A program made the position numbers and the translations under genes. A stretch of DNA of 63,301 nucleotides, counting the filler, from Intoshia linei (Eukaryota; Animalia; Orthonectida): the NCBI GenBank assembly GCA_001642005.1. It is 3 parts of 3 records of this genome, joined end to end, with 100 filler letters (N's around TTAATTAATTAA, not from the genome) between each part and the next. Parts side by side here need not be neighbours in the genome. Positions count along the whole stretch, not along the records: positions 28,531 to 60,527 come from LWCA01000331.1; 2 more parts are not named here. One strand, 5' to 3'. Position 1 is the first letter of the stretch. Each line of letters opens with the position of its first letter. Below the pieces are notes generated by a model. It ran no database searches. It saw only the letters and a program-made list of their open reading frames with translations, and was not told the origin of the DNA. This document shows, piece by piece, positions 39,353 to 51,305 of this stretch.

Positions 39353-39789
39353 ATCATAACATTAATTGTTATTGACGTTATATATTATTGAATAATATTA
39401 ATCATACTTTGTTATTTTCAAATTTCGTATGCCGTAAAAAATTAAATTTATAAATTATCATTAATTGTATAATTATCGTTCCTTTTTACTAAAATTGAAG
39501 AAATGAAAACGCAGCAACTCTAGTTATATTGAATCTATATATCTCTTAATTCATCAGAGTTATGAGATATGATAGATAATTATAATTAATCTTAAAAAAT
39601 AACATTTGATTTTAAGTGTACCGTAGGATGGCAAAAATATTGTACCTTGATTAATTCCAAACAAAAAGTTCGCTTATTCTCAGTGATGTTAGCGACGATA
39701 TAATCCATAATTCACAGTACAGTACATTTTAATGACATTTAAAGAGTACGTAAAAATCTAATAAAGTTTCGTTCCAATAATTTTCAATA

Positions 39790-41629
39790 ATGACTACAGT
39801 AAATTTAAATTTTAAATGTAAAAATTTTATAGGCTGTTTTGTTGGTGGGTGGATATGGAACTAGATTAAGACCATTAACAATTTCAAAACCAAAGCCCCT
39901 CGTCGAATTTGGTAATAAACCAATTATTGAACACCAAATTGAAGCTCTAATCAAAGTACATTATGTGTTAAGTTTAAAAATTATTTCCAAATGTAGGTAG
40001 GAGTAAAGCACATTATAATGGGGGTAAACTACATGCCAGAAAAATTGAATGAATCTGTTTTTGAAATATCTCAAAGAGTAAAATTTCATTTTCAATATAC
40101 ATTTTTAGCTAAATATACGCATAACTATAAACATGGAGGATGAACCTCTTGGAACTGGTAGGTTACTATTTAAATTCATGTTTTATTATAGTAAATGTAA
40201 TAAAACTTTGTTTTCAGCTGGATCAATTGCAAATGCTGCCAAATATTTGGAAAATGATGAACATTTTTTTGTTTTCAATAGTGACATTACCTGTGAATTT
40301 CCCTTGCAAGAATTTATGGACCATCACCTCAAACATGATGGGATTGGAACAATTGCAGTTTTTATCAAAATATCAATATAAATAGACCTTAAAGTAGGGG
40401 CCGTCAAAATTTTGGGTGAACTGAATGATTTTTTGTAAAGAATAAAAAATCTGGAATACGTGTCATTTTTTTAACATTTACAATTAATTATTTATTATAA
40501 GGATAGTAATCTCTACAAATATAAATTATTCTAATAATTTTTTTGGTCTTTTTCACATTCCGGCAGACCGTTGTATTATTATATTAATATTATGAATTCT
40601 AAATGAACTTTAAAATAGATCACAAAAGTTGACGAACCTTCAAAATATGGGGTTCTAGTATACGATGAATCGACAATGAAAATTAATAAATTTGTTGAAA
40701 AACCAGCCATCTTTGTGTCCAATAAAATTAACGCCGGTTTATATCTTTTTAGAAATGCTATTCTAGATATGATTGAGGTACGTGTTTAGAATTAGAATGT
40801 ACATATTTTCCCATATATCGCGTCAGATTTACACTAAAATCTGCTATTCATAAAAAAATCCACAAATGATTGTAAATTTATAATATAGCTAAAACCAACA
40901 TCTATAGAAAGAGAAATTTTTCCGAAACTAGCTTCACAGAATGCCTTGTATGCTTTTAACATGAAAGGTTGTCCATCATGTTTTTAACATTAAATTTAAA
41001 TTAGGACATTGGATGGATATAGGTCAACCAAAGGATTTTATTAAAGGAACCTCTCTTTACTTAAATTATTTGGAAACCATCAATGATGACAGTTTAATTC
41101 AAGATAGAAAAGGTTTCATTGGAAATGTTAAAATGGTATTTATTTAATCATGTTCAACCACTTTCGTGAGTTGTAAATTGCAATACCAAATGTAATATCT
41201 GGTATTGCAAACTTGCTTATAAACACACCGAAATTGGTACAGTGCCATTTACCTGATTAATTTTCTAAAATATTTTAGCACCACAATGTAAAAATTGGGG
41301 TTGATGTTAAAATTGGTCCAAACGTGGTTATCGGGTGTGGAGTAATCATCGGAAACGGTGTTTGTATTAAAAATACAACGTTATTGGCTGATTGTCATGT
41401 GATGGATTATTCAATAATAAACACTTGCATTATAGGGTGGAAGTGTAAAATTGGAAAATGGGTAAAATAATTAAAATAACAGATATCATGTAACATTTAG
41501 GCAAGACTGGAAAACCAGTGCATACTCGGTGAAGACGTGAGAATTGGAGAAGAAATGTGCCTCAACAAATGTATAGTCTTTCCACACAAAGAAATAAGAG
41601 AATCAGAAAGTGAAAAAATTATAATATGA
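39790..41629 (+). CDS. GMPPB: Mannose-1-phosphate guanylyltransferase beta
   Basis: [71 protein letters not shown], hexapeptide repeats, FPHK. Confidence 0.95.
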
Positions 41630-41649
41630 CAAGTCACTCTAAAATTTAA

Positions 41650-43360
41650 TTAATATCTCGGAATAAACGTAAATTCGCCGCTATCGGGTGCTCTGTTCCA
41701 TAAAAACAGTCCAGTGTTTGGTATAATGTTCCATCGTAAACTTAGTTTCGATTTAGCCTTGTTACTAAAATATTTTAAACTTGAAAAGAATAATATTACT
41801 TATTGATCAAATTGTGACGTTCAACAACGGTGTATTTCGATTTTTCGTTTTTTAAATCAATAAATTGATTGTTTTCTCGCAACATTATGAAATCCCAAAT
41901 TGTAGATTCAACTTTCTATACAAATTAAATAAAAACATTGCCAACAATCGTATTTCATAAACATACTTAACATTAACACCCTTGAAAATATGCTAAAAAA
42001 ATTGCCTAAAAACCAGTCTTGAAAATATGGTCAAAAAACCCCCTTGAAAATATGATCAAAAAATTCACAAAAAACCACACCCTTGAAAATATGCTAACAA
42101 AAGTTTCCCTAAAAACCACCCCCTGAAAATATGCCCAAAAAAATTTAAGTGAAATATCTGGATAACTATGTATGAACTGTAAATATTTTTCAATTCTGGG
42201 AGTATTTTCATTTTTTAAAAAAGTGTAATTTGTGGTTTTGGCCCTGAATACATAAATTTATGACAATGTTTTAAATAATTTTAAAATCTGTATCAGTGTG
42301 TATATTTTATTAAACCATAGGACTTGTTTGTTTGTTAAAAAAAGGATTAGTAGGTTTTTAACTGTACTATGTAAGTTTCTGATATTAAAATTTATCTTAA
42401 TGTCACCACCGGAAAAAAATGAAATGGAAATGTGGAATTTTTAAAACTTTATTACTCAAACTAAATTAGTTATTGAAATAAACGATAACAAACAATATAT
42501 ATTATAAATAACAAAGAAAATAGACAAACAAATAGTTTTATATACGTTAGGATTTTCTAAAAGTTAATAAAGATCAATTAATTATTATTCATTATCCCTC
42601 AGAAAAATGAATATTTTATATCCAGTGGTTCATGTTCCAGAATATCGTGGATATTGACAGATTTTTTGTGCAATTTTGAATTTGAAATTTAAATTTTTTT
42701 TATAAATAAAAAGTTGACTTTGTCACAAAATTCCCTTAAATGTATAATACTGTAATTGTAAAAAAATATAAATTACTATAGTGGGGTAACTGTATCGATA
42801 CAATAATAAGAACCAATGTTTCCAAAATGGAACAATGGAAGTATCATATAAGTAAACGCCTAATTTAGTATACATTTGAAATGTGTGAAGTAAAAGTAAT
42901 TACAACGACGGAAACCGTGGTCGGCGGGATAAAAGCTAAATTAACAATGAAGCTACAATGTATTTTGAGAGCCATTTGTGATTATTTAAATTAAACATAC
43001 TTTATCTTTAGTTTCATAGGTGAGGACCATGAATATAAAAACTTGTCGAACGTTCCAGTCAAAAATATTGGTGAAATCTGAAATATTATATATTTTTAGG
43101 AAATATATTACTAGCTTGAATATTCGCTTTGACGGTGGCCAAATCGTAAGTTACGGATTTGTAACTATCAACTGCTTTTCTATTTTTACATTGAAATAAA
43201 TAATTAATTATGGATACGTTAAAGCATTTTTGACTTTAATGGATACTTCTACGTCGGTAGGTTTTGTATAGCTGTGAAAAGCAATCATTATTGCAAATAC
43301 TGCTGTAGTATATATAAAAACAGACATGAGATAATTCACGCGTGTTGAAAAGGTTTCCAT
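41650..43360 (-). CDS. SPCS3: Signal peptidase complex subunit 3 (SPC22/23)
   Basis: METFSTRVNY + TM helix, DFTNIFDWNVRQVFIF, TIWDFIMLR, LSLRWNIIPNTGL; missed by the ORF track because exons are short. Confidence 0.9.
41976..42142 (+). repeat. Short degenerate tandem array (core TGAAAATATG x5) in SPCS3 intron
   Basis: Five copies of C(C/T)TGAAAATATG with related A/C-rich spacers of variable length. Confidence 0.7.
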
Positions 43361-43471
43361 AATTGATAAATTGATTTTACGTTCAAGAAATGGGAAAAAT
43401 TGTCCAAATAAACAACAAATTTGAAACGAAACTATCTTAAATTTCGTAACCTGGATGCGTCATATGAATAA

Positions 43472-44279
43472 ATGTTTTCAATTTTTTCTGGTCTAAAAAA
43501 CTTCATTTGTTCGCGTCCAACATATTATATTCTTGTGATCGGACGATATCATTGTGGAAAATCGGTAAAATTGACTTTATATTGCTCTTATTATTCTTAG
43601 ACTTTCTTAAAGACGGTGGTAGCATTGTTAAACAATACGTCCCATGATTATAAAGTTTTTCCGACATCTGGATTAAACAGTTGAAATTACATTATTATTT
43701 ATTATTGAATGGTTTAGTTGAAACCATCAAATACGGAAGACACGTCTTCACGTTTTGGGATTTGGGTGGAGATGCTGATTTAATAGATCTTTGGAAGCAA
43801 TATTTGAATTGTTGTGTTTTAATTTATTGTATTGCTAGTGATTTTAATTCCTTTGAAACCAGATCATCCCTAGAAGAATTAGGTAATTTATGATTTTGTT
43901 GTTATTTATATATTGGCAGATAATTTATTACTGGAAAAAGATCTTCAGTCTGTACCTTTATTGTTGATTATCACAAAATGTGACATTATAGTATTGGTTA
44001 ATTTTTATATTTTTTTTGGTCATTCAACTTGAGTACGTTATTTAGATCAAACCTGAAACCACAATTACCTATAAACGAGAAGACAGACCTTTTAAAATTA
44101 TTAAAACTTCATCCATTACCAAGTACAAGTTTTATCAATTTTTATATGTTCATTATAATTAATATATTATTATGTTATATTTTTATTATTGTTTATATTT
44201 GGATTTTGAATCATTATTTAGAAACGGAATAAACAGTTGCATTCAATGGATAGCAAACCACATAGATCATAAATTATAA
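43472..44279 (+). CDS. ARFRP1: ARFRP1/Arl3-like small GTPase (divergent)
   Basis: MFSIFSGL...YYILVIGRYHCGKSTFL, PTSGLNI, FWDLGGD, PLLLIITKCD, GINSCIQWI; N-terminus and TxGLNI/FWDLGG pattern fit ARFRP1. Confidence 0.8.
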
Positions 44280-44309
44280 AATATATTTATTAACTTTTGT
44301 ATTTATATA

Positions 44310-47148
44310 TTATGCTATGTCACATTTTCCTTTTCGTTTTTTATTATTTACTACGTTTAATACGTTTTCTTTGGGTTTTATTTTTTCTTTATGCTAAAAA
44401 CCAATGAATATTCAATAATTTTTATTTAATGTCAAAATACCTTATCGTACAGCATTTCTCTATATTTAACGATTAAAAAATGTATGTAAAATTATACAGT
44501 CGATTCTGTTTGATATAAACACGACAATTTTATTTGAACAAACATTGAGTGGGACATTTCGAAACTTTTAATTGTATTATCGCCATTCATATATGTTCAA
44601 TGAACATTGTTCATATAGAACAGAATCGACTATATAATTTTAATTACACAATGGATCGGAAAGATTGATATAACTTGTCCTCTTCGAATGCTGAGAGTTC
44701 TATAAATGTAATGTTATTCTCATCAGCAAGCTAAATTTAAATCTAAAAACTTAAAACCATTTTTTACTAATTACGCTTTGTCCTTCTTCTCGTGTTACTC
44801 TTCTATTTTCCACTAAATCTATTTTGTTTCCAACGAGTATAATGTTTACATCTACTTCGCACTAAATCAATTATTATATTATTATAATGAAAGTTATATA
44901 TTAATATATGTAAGGTAATGAGGAATTTTGTTAAATAAGAATTAGCCTGTACAAGAATTTAAAAAAGATTACTCTGCTATTGATAAGTTTAATTAAAAAT
45001 TCTCCCTTAAAAAGAAACAAATTGATAAAAATTTTTCTATATTTTATTTGAATTCCCACAGCCATATACAAAAGGACCTGGGATCCAAGGAACCAATCGT
45101 GAACCACTGGTTTAGAGTTATAACTCTTTTTGTATTGCTTTGAATTTATTTTTTTGTCATTCTGTTAAAAATTAATTAATTACTAAGTTTATAATAGAAA
45201 AATCCATGTAATTATTGGCAAGTGTTTATAATTATAATATAAACAAAATTAGATACAAGAGTCTTGCGTTTCACCAATAATTAAGTTAATTATAAATGGT
45301 TTGAAAAATGAATTCGTAAGTAATATTGAATAAATCAAGTAGAACAATTTGTTTGTCAACAGGTTAACAGTATATGTCAGCGTTTCCCACATGCCGGTCC
45401 GCGGAAAATTTTTTACTAATTACAAGTCAGTTTATAATGATTTCATCAAAATTTGTTTAATGTTGCATAATTATCGATATAGTGGTCCGTGATAAATTTT
45501 GTAATTTATTAGCAGCCCGCCGTGGAAAAATTGTGGGAACTTCTGGTATATGTGAATAGTATTCAGAAATTTTAAATTTTTCTATGGCCCAAATTTGAAA
45601 TTATTTATAACGATCTTTGAGAAATCGTGTGATAGAGTCTATCTGATAAAGTATATCGCAGTGTTAGAGTTATAATGTTCTATTTGCATAAACATAGTTT
45701 TGTATAAATCGAATTTAAAAGTTTAAAAGTACTATATTGCCTAAAATATAATTTTTTGATTGAAATTTAATTATACAATTTAGTTTGTTAATATTTGTTT
45801 AAGTATATTGAAAAGTTTGGTACAATAAAAATAAAAACAAGTGTTTTTCAGAACTTAAATGTCATTAATGGAACAATCAGTCTAACTACATTTGTATTTG
45901 ATTTAAAAAAATTGCAAATAGAACATTATTCTATAGAAACTGTTAACATTTAACATCTTTATCATCAAAATTAATTTTGGGATAAATTTAAACTAGCAGT
46001 AACTTTATTAAATTGACAGTAGAATTTCTTAAACTAGCAGTTACAATAACTGTTACCGCGTAAACTAATATTATCGTTAAATTAAGCATGCTTATTGATT
46101 ATTATGAAAGTAATTCTTCTTTTGAAGATATCATTGTGCCAATTATTACACAAATCAACACGGTTAAGGTTGTATCAGACTGGATTTTTATTAATTTATG
46201 TATTAATTATAAAATTCTTTACTCATTGTCCATTTTAATTAACTCATTTTAATAATTAAAGGAATTTGATAATTTTTAAGGAATAATCAAGTCGAGATCT
46301 AGTAATTGAACCAGTAAATGTTGATTATCTCATAAAATATTACGTTTTCAAGCTTAATTTTTTTGGAAAAAATGTAAAAGATATGATTTGCAACATTTTT
46401 CGTCAAATAGAACATTATAACTAACACTGCGATATGATGAATATAAACATTTCATATCGAAATTAATTAATCGAGTCAATCCCTCGTTATAAACGTTTAA
46501 TAATTCATGATATAGCGGCGTTAGTTGACCATTGAATAAATGAACAGTTAATTGCAATTAAAAAGGTTTAAATCAACATTTACCCATATTTCGATAAATA
46601 GATAAAAATATTTCGTAAAAATTTGTAATTGATTTCTAATTGATTTATCATCAATTGTTGAACGAACCTAGTAACAAAATGGCTACCACTTCATATGTTG
46701 AATAAATTCCATATGTTAATTACTTTTTCTTTAATTGTAAATATCCATGATTTTGAATCGTGAAAGGATTTTTCATCAGTAATATCATAAACTACCATAA
46801 TCCCCTACAAAATATAAATATTTATAGAAACAATAAAAACTTGAGATCCCCTATAATACGCTTGAGTGATGGCACGAAAACGTTCTTGACCAGCAGTATC
46901 CCTAAAAATGAAATTAAAGTTAATACAACTCAACCATAATTGAAGGGTAATTTTTTCTCCATCAATAAGGTACTCTTTACATTTAAAATCGACACCTAAA
47001 ACAATAATGACTATGCAAATTAATTTTAAAAATTACCAATTGTTGGAACAACAGTTTCAGTATCAGCGTCTTTTTCGGTAGCGTGCAGTAACAACGAGGT
47101 TTTTCCTACCCCAGAGTTGCCAAGAATTAGCAACTTTATGGTAATCAT
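44310..47148 (-). CDS. Rab GTPase, Rab8/10/13-like
   Basis: [62 protein letters not shown]; ends [10 protein letters not shown]. Confidence 0.9.
44497..44632. mobile_element. pogo/Tigger-like MITE occupying most of a Rab intron
   Basis: TIRs CAGTCGATTCTGTT / AACAGAATCGACTA flanked by TA. Confidence 0.75.
45378..45545. mobile_element. Buster-type hAT MITE in Rab intron
   Basis: TIRs CAGCGTTTCCCACA / TGTGGGAACTTCTG; perfect TSD GTATATGT. Confidence 0.85.
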
Positions 47149-47706
47149 TGCATACAATTTTCAAAAATTGTTTTAATATTATAATGTCAACTTTTGGTAT
47201 ATTGGTTTCTACTTCAAATTTTATAAATTTGCAATACAACCTTATTTTTCGTTAAATATTATCAGTTGTTTACTCTGTGAACTTCAGTAAACTCTTTGAT
47301 AAATTAAACAAACCAGGACTAAGTTACATGGAAATGGGAAAAATTTCAATTTGCTTTTTAAAAAAAAAGTTCAAATGCATTTGTATATAATTTAATTATA
47401 TCATGATACGAGTTTCAATGATAGCACTTTATTTATTTATAATATATAATAAATTTTATAACTTGTTTTATCTGGAAAAATATTATTCTTAGATTTTAAT
47501 ATAAAAAAATTATTCTCTTTTTTCAGAATTACATATACTAATTTAACCATGGATCAATTAATTGGAAATGCACAAAGAATGCAAACATATGTTACAATTT
47601 AGAATTCCCGTTCATAAAAATATAAATATTTGATTGTACAATGTACACATGAAATAAAAATAAAAAGATTATTTGATTTGTGTATGATATTTTATAGTAT
47701 TGTAAT

Positions 47707-48483
47707 TAGTGTTGGCAATCGATAAAAAATTATCGATAATTTATCGATAAATTTTTGAATATTTTGAATATCTATTATTTTTTTATTTTATTTTTAACTT
47801 TATTTTATTATCGCCAAAATGACAAATAAAAGATCTAAAGTATGGAATTATTTTACATTAGTAAATAGTAATGAAGCTAAATGCACAAAATGCTATAAAA
47901 TTATAAAATGTTCAGGATCTACCAGTGGATTATGTTTATGATTACCTGATTAATTAAAAATGTTCTAAATATTAATTTGAACGAAGATACAAACCAAATA
48001 AAATTGCGAAGGATAGATTTTCTTGTTATTAAAAAATCGATGGAAGAAGAGGTATCCAAAATGGAAGCCATGGATAATTTCTCATTTAATAGAATAGCAT
48101 TTTATTATAAAAAAGCGATTTTATTCAAATGAGTTTTAAAAAACGGAACAGTGAATATGCCAATACTCCTCCCACTTGCCATAACTCTGTAAAAAGAATG
48201 ATTATATCGTTTTACAATAAAAAAAGGAAGAACTTAAAATAATGTTGCAAGATAAATGTGACAAGGGAATGAGGTTTTCTATCACTATGGACCAATATAC
48301 ATGCAAAATAAACGATATATGAATGTAAACACGATGTTGTTAATGCTTTGGTGTTTTTAAAATTCTACTTTATAAACAAAAATAAATAATATAACAGTTG
48401 TAATTAATTTTTCAATTAAATTAGTTTATTATTTTTTATGGATAAATTATCGATAAAAATATTTCAATAAATTGCCAACACTA
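47707..48483 (+). mobile_element. Internally deleted hAT transposon with BED-finger remnant
   Basis: TIRs TAGTGTTGGCAAT / ATTGCCAACACTA; perfect TSD ATTGTAAT; internal RSKVWNYF...AKCTKCYKIIKCSGSTSGL and FSITMDQYT, with stops. Confidence 0.9.
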
Positions 48484-48823
48484 ATTGTAATATATTATCA
48501 ACTTTTCGTGTATATTTAGTATGTAGGTATAATATGTATGTAAATATAATGAATATTATGACAGGTCATGGAAGGATCATATAGTACATATTTTTAAGTA
48601 AAATTTTTACGAGTACACGTATATAAGTGTAATAACTTATATATATTATATTAGTACATTGCACTTATTAATATTAAATAATTTTCATTTATATTAAAAA
48701 AAATTTAAACAAAATATTAATCATTTTTGTATACTATGGAATCTCTGTATTGACCATATTGATTGCAAACATGACTTCAATTAATGCAAACATGACTAAC
48801 AAGATCGTGAATCTATTCTATCA

Positions 48824-50988
48824 ATTCAATAGTCATTAAAACTGTTCATTAGAGAATAGTCAATGTAAAAGTTTGCAATTATATTGTAAAATTTTATATA
48901 AAATAAACTCAAATATTTTGCGGTGCACCTTAACACTGCTATAAGTTTTAAAGTTTCGATTTATAATGATACAATTAATTCAAATTATTGCTCTCATTTA
49001 TTTATTTTGAAATTTTAATGATTATAAATTGATAAATTATTAATGTAGTCACAATTTTTTACTAAAAACTATAATTTTCTAATAAATTACAAATCGAACG
49101 TTTTTATAATCGAAAATCGAGCTAATTATTTACTTATAAAAAAATTTAATATCAGTGTTTGCTAACGTTTACTAATTAAAATTAAAATTAACGTTAATTA
49201 AAAAATTAATTCCTATAATTAAAAAAATCCGATTTTTAATACAGTTTTGCGAGGGTCATGTTATCACAAATTTAATTTTCAGAAATTTAGTTCTTTAGGA
49301 TCAAAAACACAAATTATGTGTTTTTTTAATAAATAATAATATGAGTGCTATAATTATAAAGAACAGAAATTCTGCAACATGTTTTAACATTAATACCATT
49401 GTCGTAAATCTCAATCTTAAAAATTTTAACCTTTATGACCACACCTCAAATTACGTGTTTGTTGAAAAATAGAAAACATTACATTATTTTATAATACACA
49501 AATTCAGGATATCTTGTTAAAATCATGAGCATTATCATAAATCCCAACCTCAAAAATTTATAACCATTTAAAAGTTGGGTCTAAGTAGTATTGTACAAAA
49601 TTAACATTACATTAATCTAAAGTTATCATAATTCCAAAAAATTTGTGAAATTTACTAGGTCCCTAAATTTCCATTGACCAACTAAAATTTTCCTTAGTCC
49701 CCACTAGTGGGGTCTACGTCCACGGTTAGGAAACACAGTCCTAGTATTATTTAATTATGATAGAAAAAATTTCCGTTGCGTTTTTTTTAATATTCTAAGT
49801 GTATATAAAATAAAAATGTTGAATTTAGAATAATATCATATTTGGCATGTTAAACAATTCTGAAATGTAACCAATTAGTATGTGACGCCACGAATTCTAC
49901 TAGATTCAAAATAATATTCAAAGTCAAATTTGAATTTAGCTGTTTTAATAATATTATCCTTTGTTTTTGAATCGATTAAACTAAAATCATTTAGATAAAA
50001 TGGTGATTTTATTAGATTTTAGCAACAATTAGTGTCACATTTAGATAATTTTAGACAAATTCTTTTCATCAAAGGCTAGAGTCAAAATTTGAGACGCAAT
50101 TTTTTACTTAAAATTTTAGAAAATTGAAATAAAATGTTTGCATTATGTGTAGAATAAAGTGTTATTGCGGTATTAATATTATTGAAATCCTTATAATCGA
50201 ACTTACAATGTATTAAGCTAATTTTTTACATCAAAGCTAAACGTTAAACAGACACACAAAACAAACAAACCATTAATTAAAATGTGATAAAAAATTAAAT
50301 GACGTCTAGCGTATAACAATTTCCTTAACAAATAACAATACAAATAATGTTATAACATAAAAGACACGCCTATAACATTAATTGGCAAACTAATGAGATT
50401 ATTGAGCATATCTAATATCACAAATTGAAAATTTAATATTAAGTAGTTTAATTTTGAGCAACATTTTACTTTAATAAAATATGCAATATAAACCCACATA
50501 CCTATCCCACCTTGAAGAGGACCACTTTGATCAACCTCAAAAGATAAAAAATCATGACAGCTCCAGAGATTCAGGTTCACGTAAATTTATATATTAGTTC
50601 TATAATAAATTAGCATTTAAATCAATTTCACCCATCGGAACGGAATCCAGCCTTTCTTTAGACCGTTCAATCAAAAAGATTTCAGTGATCGAAAAAAAGA
50701 CTTTTACAGATTTTTCCATAATGAACATACTAAAGCCTTCTGAACGATGTCAAAATACAAAAATCCCAGATAAAATTAACACAAATACGTATTTAATTTA
50801 AAATCATTACATACATTAATTGTAAATTAATGTATTAAAGTTTATCATAATAATTATTAATTAATTTTATTTCTAGAATATCTAATGAAATTGAGTTGTA
50901 TTGTCGCATATGCACAAAGAGGTTTAAATCACGTGCGACATTACGTAATCATATGCCAGTACACACAGGATTAAGAGCATTTAAATGC
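48824..50988 (+). repeat. Segmental duplication copy 1 (upstream region + 5' part of Fezf)
   Basis: Colinear high-identity match to 53842-55836. Confidence 0.92.
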
Positions 50989-51305
50989 TTAGTTTGTAGC
51001 AAATCATTCAAACAAGCTAGCACTCTATGCAGACACAAAAGTATACACACTAATTTGAAACCTTACCAATGCAATGATTGTGGTAGATCTTTTAACAGGA
51101 ATTCAACTCTCAAAACCCACATCAAAATTCATATAGGGATAAAAGATTTTAAATGCCACATTTGCAAGAAAGGTAATTATTATCAGAAATATGTCATTTA
51201 AAATTATTATTGTTTATTGATTTATAGTTTGTTAATATTTATACTTTAGAATTTTATCAAAGAGGAAATTATAAAAATCACCGTTGTCATACATCTCAAA
51301 AATAG
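50481..51305 (+). CDS. FEZF: Fezf/earmuff C2H2 zinc-finger transcription factor, truncated after finger 4
   Basis: eh1-like DFSIMNIL; [37 protein letters not shown] match Fez fingers; apparent +1 frameshift near 51280 gives TAG at 51303-51305. Confidence 0.85.

Noticed and set aside
41976-42142. Repeat-spacer-like array that could be taken for CRISPR
   Set aside because: Core is only ~12 nt, spacers are related to each other and variable in length, it lies in a eukaryotic intron, and there are no cas genes
1005-44279. Functional clustering of the GRIP golgin with ARFRP1 and Rab
   Set aside because: They are over 40 kb apart, separated by unrelated genes and an artificial linker
50350-50580. 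Duplicated antisense ORFs 50350-50580 and 55200-55430
   Set aside because: Shadows of Fezf exon 1, conserved only because the region is duplicated
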